This document shows, piece after piece, positions 8,542-17,159 of a stretch of DNA of 32,000 nt. How positions within the stretch are numbered: the first letter of the stretch is position 1; every line of letters starts with the position of its first letter. Where the stretch lies: NCBI RefSeq assembly GCF_000145295.1, contig NC_014408.1, forward strand, positions 810,001 to 842,000, written 5' to 3'. The notes under the pieces were generated by a model. It had not been told where the DNA came from. It made no database searches and saw only the letters and a list, made by a program, of their open reading frames with translations. The translations under genes were made by a program, and so were the position numbers. Origin of the DNA: Methanothermobacter marburgensis str. Marburg (GTDB lineage Archaea; Methanobacteriota; Methanobacteria; Methanobacteriales; Methanothermobacteraceae).

Positions 8542-9642
8542 ATGCAAAGATTGGAATTCAAAAAAGACGCCATATTTTTACCTTATCTCGCAGGATACTT
8601 TGATGCAAGAGGTTCATTCATTGTTGACAAATATAATAACATTATAATGAATTTTTATGGAGATGAAAAATTCTTAGAAGAACTTAATTCTCTTTTTGGC
8701 GTTGGTACTGTTACCTTAATGCCAAGTGCTAGTTGGAAGATTATGAACAACGATATTTCTGTCATTTTAGATCAGCTGATATCCTATATAATAATAAAAA
8801 AGGACCAAGCATTACAAGTAAATAACACTATAAAAGATAAAGAGTTCTGTTTTGTTATAAAAGAACCTCCTGAGGACATAAATTTTTTTGATTATGTTAA
8901 AGAGGAATGGTTTTATTTATACCTTGTTGGCTATTTTGATGGTTCCTCCCGCTGGAATTTAAAGAAATATAAGAAATCAAATGAATATTATCTTCAGATC
9001 AGCCTCATATCCAAATATGAAGAGCTGGTTGTACTTCTATCTGAGGTTTTTAATTCAGGTTATATAATCCCCTACAATGATAAGTTTAAATTTATAGTTA
9101 TGTTCCAAGATTCACTCAGATTAATCGATGAGTTAGAACCTTTATTGATAAATAAAAGATCTGAATTAGAAATGGCACTAAAATTCAAAAAACTTCTTTA
9201 TTTAGGCAAATACGAAGAAATAGAGAAACTTATGGACGAATTTAAGTCAGAAAAACAAAATTTATCGAATAATACAACAAGAATAATTAATGTGTGTGAA
9301 AAGTTATTTAGAAAGGTTCAGTCTAAAATTAAATACCTCGAAATAAGTAAATCAAAATTCTGTCAGGAAGCCATCTACTATTCCTATGACAACTTAGACC
9401 TGTTTAAGAGCACCGAAGATTTGTGTGAGGGTAAAAAAAAGGAATTTCAGATAGCAGTCAACATAAACAACCATGTTGAGGAAAAAATAAATGCTTTATC
9501 TAATTTTGATGAATCTAAAAGTTCTGCAATAAGAAGGGCCATAACGTTCTATTTAAATGATTTAGACTCTGAAAATGATGATAACAAATTAAATAAAGAT
9601 ATTGATCCATTTGATTTGCTTGATCAATTAAAAAAACAATAG
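8542..9642 (+). CDS. double-LAGLIDADG-fold protein with degenerate catalytic positions, fused to a C-terminal ribbon-helix-helix (CopG-like) domain
   Basis: 366-aa track ORF with SD GGTGAT 3 nt before the ATG. Motif 1 is LAGYFDARG (nt 8587-8613). Motif 2 is LVGYFDGSS (nt 8923-8949), 112 aa later, which is typical single-chain spacing. The C-terminus KEFQIAVNINNHVEEKINALSNFDESKSSAIRRAITFYLNDL reads as strand-helix-helix. Confidence 0.75.
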   Translation: MQRLEFKKDAIFLPYLAGYFDARGSFIVDKYNNIIMNFYGDEKFLEELNSLFGVGTVTLMPSASWKIMNNDISVILDQLISYIIIKKDQALQVNNTIKDKEFCFVIKEPPEDINFFDYVKEEWFYLYLVGYFDGSSRWNLKKYKKSNEYYLQISLISKYEELVVLLSEVFNSGYIIPYNDKFKFIVMFQDSLRLIDELEPLLINKRSELEMALKFKKLLYLGKYEEIEKLMDEFKSEKQNLSNNTTRIINVCEKLFRKVQSKIKYLEISKSKFCQEAIYYSYDNLDLFKSTEDLCEGKKKEFQIAVNINNHVEEKINALSNFDESKSSAIRRAITFYLNDLDSENDDNKLNKDIDPFDLLDQLKKQ

Positions 9643-9652
9643 GAGGACTCTA

Positions 9653-10153
9653 TTGGCTCCCCCCAAACTTCCAGCTTCAAAAAAATGGAGAGAATCTCTA
9701 GAAAAAGATTTTGGATTTACCTACATTTCATCTAGAAAAGAATTACCTGATCCTGATAGTGTCATATGGACTACCTCCTGCTCAAAAACAAAAAAGACGC
9801 AGAGATTAGGAAGGCCTAGGGACTTTTACAATGGACGTTATCACAACCGATTTTATGAGTACGTCGAGAATAATAAACTCACATATGGCATACTTTCTGA
9901 TAAATATGGTATTCATATGTTTGATGAAGAATTAGGATACTACGACATACATCCACAGGAATTAACACTAGAAAAAAAGGAAGAACTTGGAAAATTTATC
10001 AATAGAAAAGCAAAAAGATATGGGTTTGACGAAATTATTTTTTATTACCCAAGCCCACTAATGTCCAAACCTTACTTTGAAATTCTATGGTTCTCTAATT
10101 TAAAGGTGTATTATATGACTAAATTTAATTTAACTAGGGAAATAAAACCCTAG
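9653..10153 (+). CDS. 166-aa island protein, function unknown (DUF6884-like pattern, tentative)
   Basis: Track ORF. TTG start lies 6 nt after AGGAGG (9641-9646). VIWTTSCSKTKK..PRDFYNG..YGILSDKYGIHMFDEELGYYDIHPQEL resembles, from memory, the CSxxK...LY...ILSAKYGL...PYD pattern. The 3' end overlaps the convergent 1411-aa gene by 24 nt. Confidence 0.6.
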   Translation: MAPPKLPASKKWRESLEKDFGFTYISSRKELPDPDSVIWTTSCSKTKKTQRLGRPRDFYNGRYHNRFYEYVENNKLTYGILSDKYGIHMFDEELGYYDIHPQELTLEKKEELGKFINRKAKRYGFDEIIFYYPSPLMSKPYFEILWFSNLKVYYMTKFNLTREIKP

Positions 10154-13100
10154 TTTGATATAACCCTTCTTAATGAGCCCCTCCTGAGCTTTTTTAAAGT
10201 CTATATTTTCTTTTAACGCTCTTTTTTTAAGTTTCTCATAATCAATAATTCCCGCTTCACTCAGGGAATTTATAGCCTTTAAAAGGCCCAATTCGTCAGG
10301 ACTGAGATCATCTTTCATTTGATATTCAAATTCTTTCTTAATTTTTAACTTTAAATCATCTATTTGTGACGCTGAAACTTCTTGTTCCGTTATATCATTT
10401 TTTAGTTTTGAAGCGAACTCTTTTATTAAAGCCTCAAGAGCCACTCTCGAATCAGCACTAATTTTAACGCGGTAAAGAACATTTTCATATTCTTTAATAA
10501 ATTCTAACTGTTTTTTCCTATAATTCCTCCAAATTTCTTTTATAGGCTTGTTAATATCATAATTCAAGTCATGATTCAAATTATCCAATAGTTCAAGCCA
10601 ATTTCCGTGATCCTTCCCATAAGCTCTTAAGTCTTGCAAACGTAGATCCTCATACTTCTCTTTGATAGAATTAAATTTCTCTCTATGTTTATTTAATTCG
10701 TTTTTTTCTAATTTACCATCATCAAATACTTTATTAGAAATATCTAATATTTCATGAGTATGGCCAATTGTATCCAATAGCATCTTTTCCTTATTCATTA
10801 AGGCATTCAAGTAGTTTAATAACATGTCGACATTATCTAACTTATCTTTTAGTTCTTTAATCCTTTCTTTTATTTGATCCCTTAGTTCTCTCAAAGAAAT
10901 GGGAGATATCCTCTTTTCAGTCACATTTATGCTAATCGAATTTATCTCTTCAAAAAACTCCGTTGTTAGTTTTAATTTTGGGTCAATCTGAATACTTTTT
11001 AGCTTACCAGCGACTTTATTTCTTCTTTTTTTAAGTTCATCAATATCCAAACTTTTTAAAAGTGAGTAGGGTGTTCTAGACCTGAATTCTTCTTCCTTTT
11101 GTTTAATTTTATAGAACTTTAGGTTATAATAATATGCTGTTGATGGAGATTTATCAAATTTGAAGTGATCAAAATCGTCAAGATTTGAAATTGCATTTTT
11201 TAATTCTTCCTTTGTGCAGGAACTTTCGTATAGTTTTTTTATTCCTTCAAAATCATTTAACATGTTGGTATATTCCTTAATACTTTTAACTCCACCATCA
11301 ATTTTTAATTTCAGTATAGTTTCACAATCCTTAGAGATTGTTTCAAGGAATCTTTCAAAATCACTTTTTATCTTTTTAATTTCATGAAAAGATTCTTTAC
11401 TTTTTCTGGCCGCGCCTTCAAAAAAGGTTTTTAAACAACGTTGGTTTTTGCCGCAAGAAAATATTTCCGTTAAAAGCTTTTTACATATGAAAATTTTTGT
11501 TGAAACTGCTTCTTTATAATCTGGGTGTCCATAATATTCTTTTATAAAATCAGAATTTTCATTAACGAAACTAGTAAACTCATCTAACATGATAAGTTTA
11601 TGACCCTTCTTTTTGGTCATGAAAATATGTCCAAAGAGTTTGTATAACTCTTTTCTTTCAAGCTCTTTATTAAATTTATCTAAATGTTTCAAAATCTCTT
11701 TGTATTCCTCTTCTATGTCTGTAATTTCTATTTCATCTCTATTTCTCTTTATTTTATTTTTATATTCTAAAATATTCAGAAATAGATCAGAAAAAATGTT
11801 TTTACTTTTTGATTTGAGTATAAAATAAAGATTGAGGTCGTTCTCTTTAATTTTGCCTTCCTTCTTGATTATTTCATATATTCTCCTTTCAACAGGATGT
11901 TCAATGACTTTATATTTACCATCTAATTCTTCTAAAAAGCCATGTTCACGTAACTCAATGGATATTTTCTTGACATCCTCTGGGGAATCTTCAAGGTCGC
12001 TTCTAATAAAACCTTTCTTAGTTCCATAAAGTTTAAATTTTAATATGCCATTCAGGTTTTTCTCTAAAACTTCATTTGCAGACAGTGGTTCATTAATATA
12101 ATTTAAATATAATTTAAGCGTATCAGCAAATTTACTTAAGTTTTCGGTTGCTACTTGATCTACAACTAATCCCTTTTTCTTCTGGATTTTAAGCCATTCT
12201 CTAATATTTTCTTGAAGCTTAAGATCATCAAAAATATTTTTAAATTCTATATTAAGTAATGACTTGTCAACAGATTTATTGCGTGACTCGTATGCACAAA
12301 GAAGCCGTTTAGTTAATGTTTGATGAAGATGGATATCTATAAGTTGAGATGTCCCTTTTTTACCTAATCCCTCCAATTCAAGGCGTTCGCGGGCTCTTTG
12401 TGTAAACTCTCCATTATATACTAGGAGACAGCCATGAATACTAAAATCATTTTTTAGAGTTTCCGAAATTTCTTTAATATGAGTTTCTTTAATGTCTCCC
12501 TGCACAAATTTAGTTAATAATCTAATATCAACTTCTAGATCAGGATCATGTAACTTTAAAACCACTTCGTTTTCTCTCAACTCCGAACCTGTAACCTCAA
12601 CTTTCTTGTAGGTAACCTTAATTTTTTTATAAGTTTCAAGTCCTTCAATAAATGCACTTTCGATATTGTTTTTATACTCCTCTGCAAGGTTTAATGAGAT
12701 TCTCCGCCAAATTGATAATCTCTCTTCTTTCTTGAGAATATATCCTAAGAACCTTGGGATAGGAGTAGGATACAAGATTTCTGCAAAGGTATTTGAAATT
12801 ATGTAATAGCGCTCACTTTCATCCACCATGTCCCTGAAAAGTGCCTCTATCTCGTTTAAATAATCTTCATTTACCTCATTCTTGAATAGTTCTTTAAGGC
12901 TTTCTGATGTAGTTGGAATAAATATTCTCGTATTTAAAGCATCTGAATTGCCTTCAAAAAATGTTATAGAATCTTCGAATTGATCCAGTGGTTCCGAGTA
13001 ATCACCTATCTGAAGAACCTCTTTTTGCAGAATGTCATCGGTTTTTATATAATCACTCAACTTTTCTTTTATATCTTCAAAACTTAGATGTTCTTTGAGC

Positions 13101-14365
13101 GGAAATACAGGTATAATAGCGTTATCGATACCATGTTCATTTTCTACCTTCTCATTGATGATACGAATAAATTTATATACGCTGGCTTCTTCGCTATCGA
13201 TGAATTTAGATAAATCTCCTATGGAAATAGGCCTCATATAAGCTATTAAAATGTTAAATAGGTTTATTAAAGATTTTATTTTATCTTTGGACACTTCCGA
13301 TGTATCTTTAAGATATCTTAAGATATTTTTATAATTTTCCACATCAACACAAAGTGTTTGGGCTCCAAAAACGTATATTCTAGTCTCTTGTAGAAAATCA
13401 ATAAAGTGGTCATATTCAACTACTTCGAAAAAGTCTTCATCATAGTTCGCAAATTTAGTAAAAAGTTCAATAAACAACTTCTTCAAGTTACCCAAATTTC
13501 CCAGGCTTAGTCTATGAAGAGTATCAAATATTCCACTATCTCCCAGCGGATAAGGAGTTGGTTCTGATCCATCGTACAATCTTTTAATAAGATTTCTCAA
13601 AAATTCTATGGATTCCCACTTTCTTATAGTGCTTAATTCTACCTCATGAACTCTCCTTTCATAACCACCCGCAATTAAACTTAGTTCTTCATCTGTTTCG
13701 AGCCTATATTTAGCATCAGGTGTTAATGAGATAAATAAATGTACAGAACCTGAAAAATCACCATTAGCATCTATTTTTTTATAACTGCCATTAATAAGCT
13801 CTTTAATCCCTGAAATCATACTTTTAAGAGTCTCAGGAGTATTTAAAAGCTCTTCAAATTCGTCTATGAATATAAATATCCTTTGAGATCCATTGTAATC
13901 TCCCAAGATGAAGTCAAGTGCATCCTCAAGATAGTCCTCTGGAAATTCGTAACTTTTAATTGATGGTAAACCAATTTCATTTTCAGCGTTTACGCCCTCA
14001 AATATCGTGGAAAGTATTCTTACAGATGAAAGAGAGCTTCTTTCAATAACATTGATCATTTCTTTGGTCTTTAAAATATTAGAAAGAGTTGATGCGGACA
14101 CAAAGAAGGCCATATGGCCCTTTTCTTCTAGTTCTTTTCTAATAAAGCCATTATAAAGCTCAGTTTTTCCCTGACCCCATTCTCCTATAATATTACAAGC
14201 GTTAAGACCTTTTGAAACTTCACACATTTTTATATAATCTCTTAGCTTGTTTATAACATGTTTTCTACTTTCTATCTCCTCAAAACTTGTTCCATTTTCC
14301 TCTTTTGAAACCCAAGAAGTTAAATTTTCTTTTTTGTATATCTGAGTTTTCATAAAATCACCCAT
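10130..14365 (-). CDS. giant (1407-1411 aa) P-loop NTPase with a long K/E-rich, helical-looking C-terminal region
   Basis: Track ORF. Walker A GEWGQGKT (aa 61-68, nt 14162-14185). Walker B IFIFIDEFEE (aa 163-172, nt 13850-13879). ATG 14365 overlaps the HerA-like stop by 1 nt (TGATG). The second ATG at 14353 sits 3 nt after GGGTGAT and may be the real start. Confidence 0.85.
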   Translation of the reverse strand: MGDFMKTQIYKKENLTSWVSKEENGTSFEEIESRKHVINKLRDYIKMCEVSKGLNACNIIGEWGQGKTELYNGFIRKELEEKGHMAFFVSASTLSNILKTKEMINVIERSSLSSVRILSTIFEGVNAENEIGLPSIKSYEFPEDYLEDALDFILGDYNGSQRIFIFIDEFEELLNTPETLKSMISGIKELINGSYKKIDANGDFSGSVHLFISLTPDAKYRLETDEELSLIAGGYERRVHEVELSTIRKWESIEFLRNLIKRLYDGSEPTPYPLGDSGIFDTLHRLSLGNLGNLKKLFIELFTKFANYDEDFFEVVEYDHFIDFLQETRIYVFGAQTLCVDVENYKNILRYLKDTSEVSKDKIKSLINLFNILIAYMRPISIGDLSKFIDSEEASVYKFIRIINEKVENEHGIDNAIIPVFPLKEHLSFEDIKEKLSDYIKTDDILQKEVLQIGDYSEPLDQFEDSITFFEGNSDALNTRIFIPTTSESLKELFKNEVNEDYLNEIEALFRDMVDESERYYIISNTFAEILYPTPIPRFLGYILKKEERLSIWRRISLNLAEEYKNNIESAFIEGLETYKKIKVTYKKVEVTGSELRENEVVLKLHDPDLEVDIRLLTKFVQGDIKETHIKEISETLKNDFSIHGCLLVYNGEFTQRARERLELEGLGKKGTSQLIDIHLHQTLTKRLLCAYESRNKSVDKSLLNIEFKNIFDDLKLQENIREWLKIQKKKGLVVDQVATENLSKFADTLKLYLNYINEPLSANEVLEKNLNGILKFKLYGTKKGFIRSDLEDSPEDVKKISIELREHGFLEELDGKYKVIEHPVERRIYEIIKKEGKIKENDLNLYFILKSKSKNIFSDLFLNILEYKNKIKRNRDEIEITDIEEEYKEILKHLDKFNKELERKELYKLFGHIFMTKKKGHKLIMLDEFTSFVNENSDFIKEYYGHPDYKEAVSTKIFICKKLLTEIFSCGKNQRCLKTFFEGAARKSKESFHEIKKIKSDFERFLETISKDCETILKLKIDGGVKSIKEYTNMLNDFEGIKKLYESSCTKEELKNAISNLDDFDHFKFDKSPSTAYYYNLKFYKIKQKEEEFRSRTPYSLLKSLDIDELKKRRNKVAGKLKSIQIDPKLKLTTEFFEEINSISINVTEKRISPISLRELRDQIKERIKELKDKLDNVDMLLNYLNALMNKEKMLLDTIGHTHEILDISNKVFDDGKLEKNELNKHREKFNSIKEKYEDLRLQDLRAYGKDHGNWLELLDNLNHDLNYDINKPIKEIWRNYRKKQLEFIKEYENVLYRVKISADSRVALEALIKEFASKLKNDITEQEVSASQIDDLKLKIKKEFEYQMKDDLSPDELGLLKAINSLSEAGIIDYEKLKKRALKENIDFKKAQEGLIKKGYIKLGFYFPS

Positions 14366-16047
14366 CAGTACTCAAATCCTTCACGTAGTCTTTTTAGAGT
14401 TGAAACAACATCAGTTGTACCCATAGGATGTGGAACTATCCTATCACTCTTAGGAATTTTGATCATCATTGGAAAGGGTAATTTGTTCATCTGACCTGTT
14501 ACTATCATATGGCCCTGAGTTAGACGTGTTAAGCGATTTTCAAGTGAAGAAGGAAGACCCCCAGTGGCTGTTCTAACATAAGAAACATCATCGGGAGAAA
14601 TCCTATGTATAAAAAATGTGTTGCACATAGACAAAACTATTTTATCAATAAATGAAGGTCTTTGAGTTACAATGCATAGCGACAATCCAAATTTTCTACC
14701 CTGAGTTGCAATTAAAGATAACTTATTTTTAGCTAAACTGGAGCTTATAGGATAACTCCTATCTGGAATAAAGTTCTGGGCTTCCTCTATTAAGAAAATT
14801 AAATATCTTGTTCTATTTTCAATTTTATATTTTGAGAATTTGTTAAAAAGCAAATTAGCCAAATATGTCATTACAAGCTGTTTTACTTGAATATCAACAC
14901 CAGTAGCCCCCTCCTCAGAAAAATCAATTATTGCAATCCCGCCGTTTTCTGTAATGTCATCAATAAAGTCATCTCTGGTTAATTCTGATTCAGATTTCGC
15001 TGATAATATCCCATAATTATATTCTATTTCCCTAAATTTTTCGAATGCTCTTTCAATAGCAGGTTTAGTGGCAGAGGCTATTCTTTTGTTATCAAAGTTT
15101 CTTAATTCTCTTATCAATTCTTCATAGCTATCATCATCCACAAAGAAATCATGTAGTGACTCATAACCTAAGTTTTCTTTTATATACTCGAAGAGAGTTA
15201 CTATTCCATTTACTTGAAGTTCTGCACCATCTAAACTTCCTTTATAATACATTACAATTGTTTCAGCCATTTCTTTAACTGAAAGGCGGTCTAAATCAAT
15301 ACCAATGACAGGTTCTCCCATTAATTCATGGTTTTCATTAGCTATGTGAGGAAATACAAATCTTTTAACCCATCCTACAGGACTTATTCTGGGGTCTACA
15401 TCCCCATAATCATGTTTTTTAAAATATTTATCATACTCTAAGTAATCTCCATTTGCATCTATGATCATCATAGGAAATGAAACAGCACGACTTTCACTTG
15501 CTTTAATACCCATAAACTTCTCAATCAAGACTCCTGTACTAAAAGATTTTCCACTACCTGTTGTACCGAATACTGCCATGTGCATTGGGACTTTCTCAAT
15601 ATCTAAAGGTATTGGTGCCTTTTTGTAACCAAATAGTGTTCCAAACCATATATAACCAGGTTCATCCCTTGAAATACCAAATATATCTTCATAGTGCTCT
15701 TCAAGATCTATCTTTAAAACTTCATCCCCTGGTTTTGGAGGATAATTGACTTCAGTGTTAGGAAGTTGAATTAAAAGATCCAATTCACATATCTCATACT
15801 TGCGGGCGATGTTATCCGGAATATGTAAACCTTTACGACGTGCCTCAGACCAAGGATCATCTTCAGTATAATAAGCGTTAAATGGAACTATTTTAGCTAC
15901 TCGTGCAAGGATCTTACTGCCCATTTTTGTAGCAACTAAAACCAGCATCCCCTCATAAATATTTCCTGACTCAGAACTCTCCAATAGTTGAAATTTAGCA
16001 GTCCTTGTTGTCGCACCGCTTAAAACAATACCAATTTTATCTTTAAT
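14365..16047 (-). CDS. HerA-like (FtsK-HerA superfamily) hexameric ATPase/translocase
   Basis: The track ORF runs 14365..15984 from a TTG start. Walker A GTTGSGKS, Walker B YLIFLIEEAQNF, and CIVTQRPSFID. The frame stays open upstream to TAA 16050..16048. It encodes IKDKIGIVLSGATTRTAKFQL, which resembles the canonical HerA N-terminus (IGYVIG.ATT...). The only start-like codon is ATT 16047..16045, 4 nt after GGGGTGAT. Confidence 0.85.
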   Translation of the reverse strand: MKDKIGIVLSGATTRTAKFQLLESSESGNIYEGMLVLVATKMGSKILARVAKIVPFNAYYTEDDPWSEARRKGLHIPDNIARKYEICELDLLIQLPNTEVNYPPKPGDEVLKIDLEEHYEDIFGISRDEPGYIWFGTLFGYKKAPIPLDIEKVPMHMAVFGTTGSGKSFSTGVLIEKFMGIKASESRAVSFPMMIIDANGDYLEYDKYFKKHDYGDVDPRISPVGWVKRFVFPHIANENHELMGEPVIGIDLDRLSVKEMAETIVMYYKGSLDGAELQVNGIVTLFEYIKENLGYESLHDFFVDDDSYEELIRELRNFDNKRIASATKPAIERAFEKFREIEYNYGILSAKSESELTRDDFIDDITENGGIAIIDFSEEGATGVDIQVKQLVMTYLANLLFNKFSKYKIENRTRYLIFLIEEAQNFIPDRSYPISSSLAKNKLSLIATQGRKFGLSLCIVTQRPSFIDKIVLSMCNTFFIHRISPDDVSYVRTATGGLPSSLENRLTRLTQGHMIVTGQMNKLPFPMMIKIPKSDRIVPHPMGTTDVVSTLKRLREGFEY

Positions 16048-16052
16048 TTAAA

Positions 16053-17147
16053 TCACCCCATGTTATTCATTATAATCATGTCCTCAATGCTGCCTGTTGC
16101 ATGTGTTCTTGCAAGAATCTCTTCGTAAATAACCTGCGCAGCACCCCCCCTTATTTTACACTTCTCGTGGGCAATCTCAATAGGTACCGGTATATTCTGG
16201 CCTGGAAATGTCCACTCATATGACGCAGTAACTGCCCGTTGCACTCTCAAGTTAACATCACCTTTATCATACTTCATTGGAATATCAAGCCGGATAATTT
16301 CTGAAGAAAAATCTTTCTGGAAGAAAACAGAAAATATTCTGATACCATAATTAGAATATCTTCTACTTATTTCATCCTTTAATTCAAGAGGATGTGTGAA
16401 AAGAACATCATCATAATTGTTATCAAGCCGGTATGCAGTGAAAAAGTAAGCAAAAAGGTTTTTATCTACTGAGAAATTTTTGAGTAACTTATTTCTCTCT
16501 AATTTTAAAATCCTTTCATATTCCCTTAGGAAATGGGAATCAATACATTTTTTAACACATCCTACTAGCAAAGACTGGGATGTAGCTTTTTTTATTGCAT
16601 CACATCTGTATTCAACATAATTTTCATCAATATAACCTGGTGGATCTACAACTGGCCCGTCAATAAATACAATTGATTCTGTGTTCTTCGTATTCCAATC
16701 TTCTAAAGCCTTGGTTTCCCCTAAGAGCATTCTTCTTGAAGCTTCACCATCAATAGATTTGTGTTTATTCTCATCAATTTCCTCTATTCCTGCAGCATAA
16801 ACGTCAACAACAGGTTCACCAGATAATCCTTTTTCAAAAAGTATCCTCACAATTGAATAAGGAGCGTACCATTTAGAACCAATAGGCCCTACACTATAAA
16901 AACTGCCATCGATACCAACGCTACACCATTTTCTAAACTGACCATAATCTTTAAGGTCATCGATAGTAAAAATGATTTTTTTTAGAGAAGATAAGTCTTT
17001 AAATACCTTTTTTGATTGTTTCTTTATCAAACGAAAAGTTCTACTTATTTCATATCCCTTTTCATTGGCACTATCAATTAAATTTATTAAAACTTCTCCA
17101 TCGGTTTCATTGAATTCTATTCTTTTTTTTATTTCATCTATATCCAT
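16053..17147 (-). CDS. NurA-like (RNase H-fold) nuclease
   Basis: 364-aa track ORF. NurA-type motif order: VGIDGSFYSV (Asp), LLGETKALE (Glu), IVFIDGPVVDPPGY (Asp), PVPIEIAHEKCKI (His). It lies immediately upstream of the HerA-like gene, as in canonical nurA-herA pairs. Confidence 0.7.
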   Translation of the reverse strand: MDIDEIKKRIEFNETDGEVLINLIDSANEKGYEISRTFRLIKKQSKKVFKDLSSLKKIIFTIDDLKDYGQFRKWCSVGIDGSFYSVGPIGSKWYAPYSIVRILFEKGLSGEPVVDVYAAGIEEIDENKHKSIDGEASRRMLLGETKALEDWNTKNTESIVFIDGPVVDPPGYIDENYVEYRCDAIKKATSQSLLVGCVKKCIDSHFLREYERILKLERNKLLKNFSVDKNLFAYFFTAYRLDNNYDDVLFTHPLELKDEISRRYSNYGIRIFSVFFQKDFSSEIIRLDIPMKYDKGDVNLRVQRAVTASYEWTFPGQNIPVPIEIAHEKCKIRGGAAQVIYEEILARTHATGSIEDMIIMNNMG

Positions 17148-17159
17148 TATAATACACCA

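Noticed and set aside
8542-9642. LAGLIDADG gene as an active homing endonuclease, intein or intron ORF
   Set aside because: It is free-standing between genes, with no interrupted host gene. Both motifs lack the catalytic acidic residue (Arg and Ser instead). The RHH fusion points to DNA binding rather than cleavage.
10130-14365. 1411-aa protein as SMC/Rad50-type ABC ATPase
   Set aside because: Walker A and Walker B lie ~100 aa apart at the N-terminus. In SMC/Rad50 they are split between the two ends by a coiled coil. I saw no signature motif or C-terminal Walker B/D-loop.
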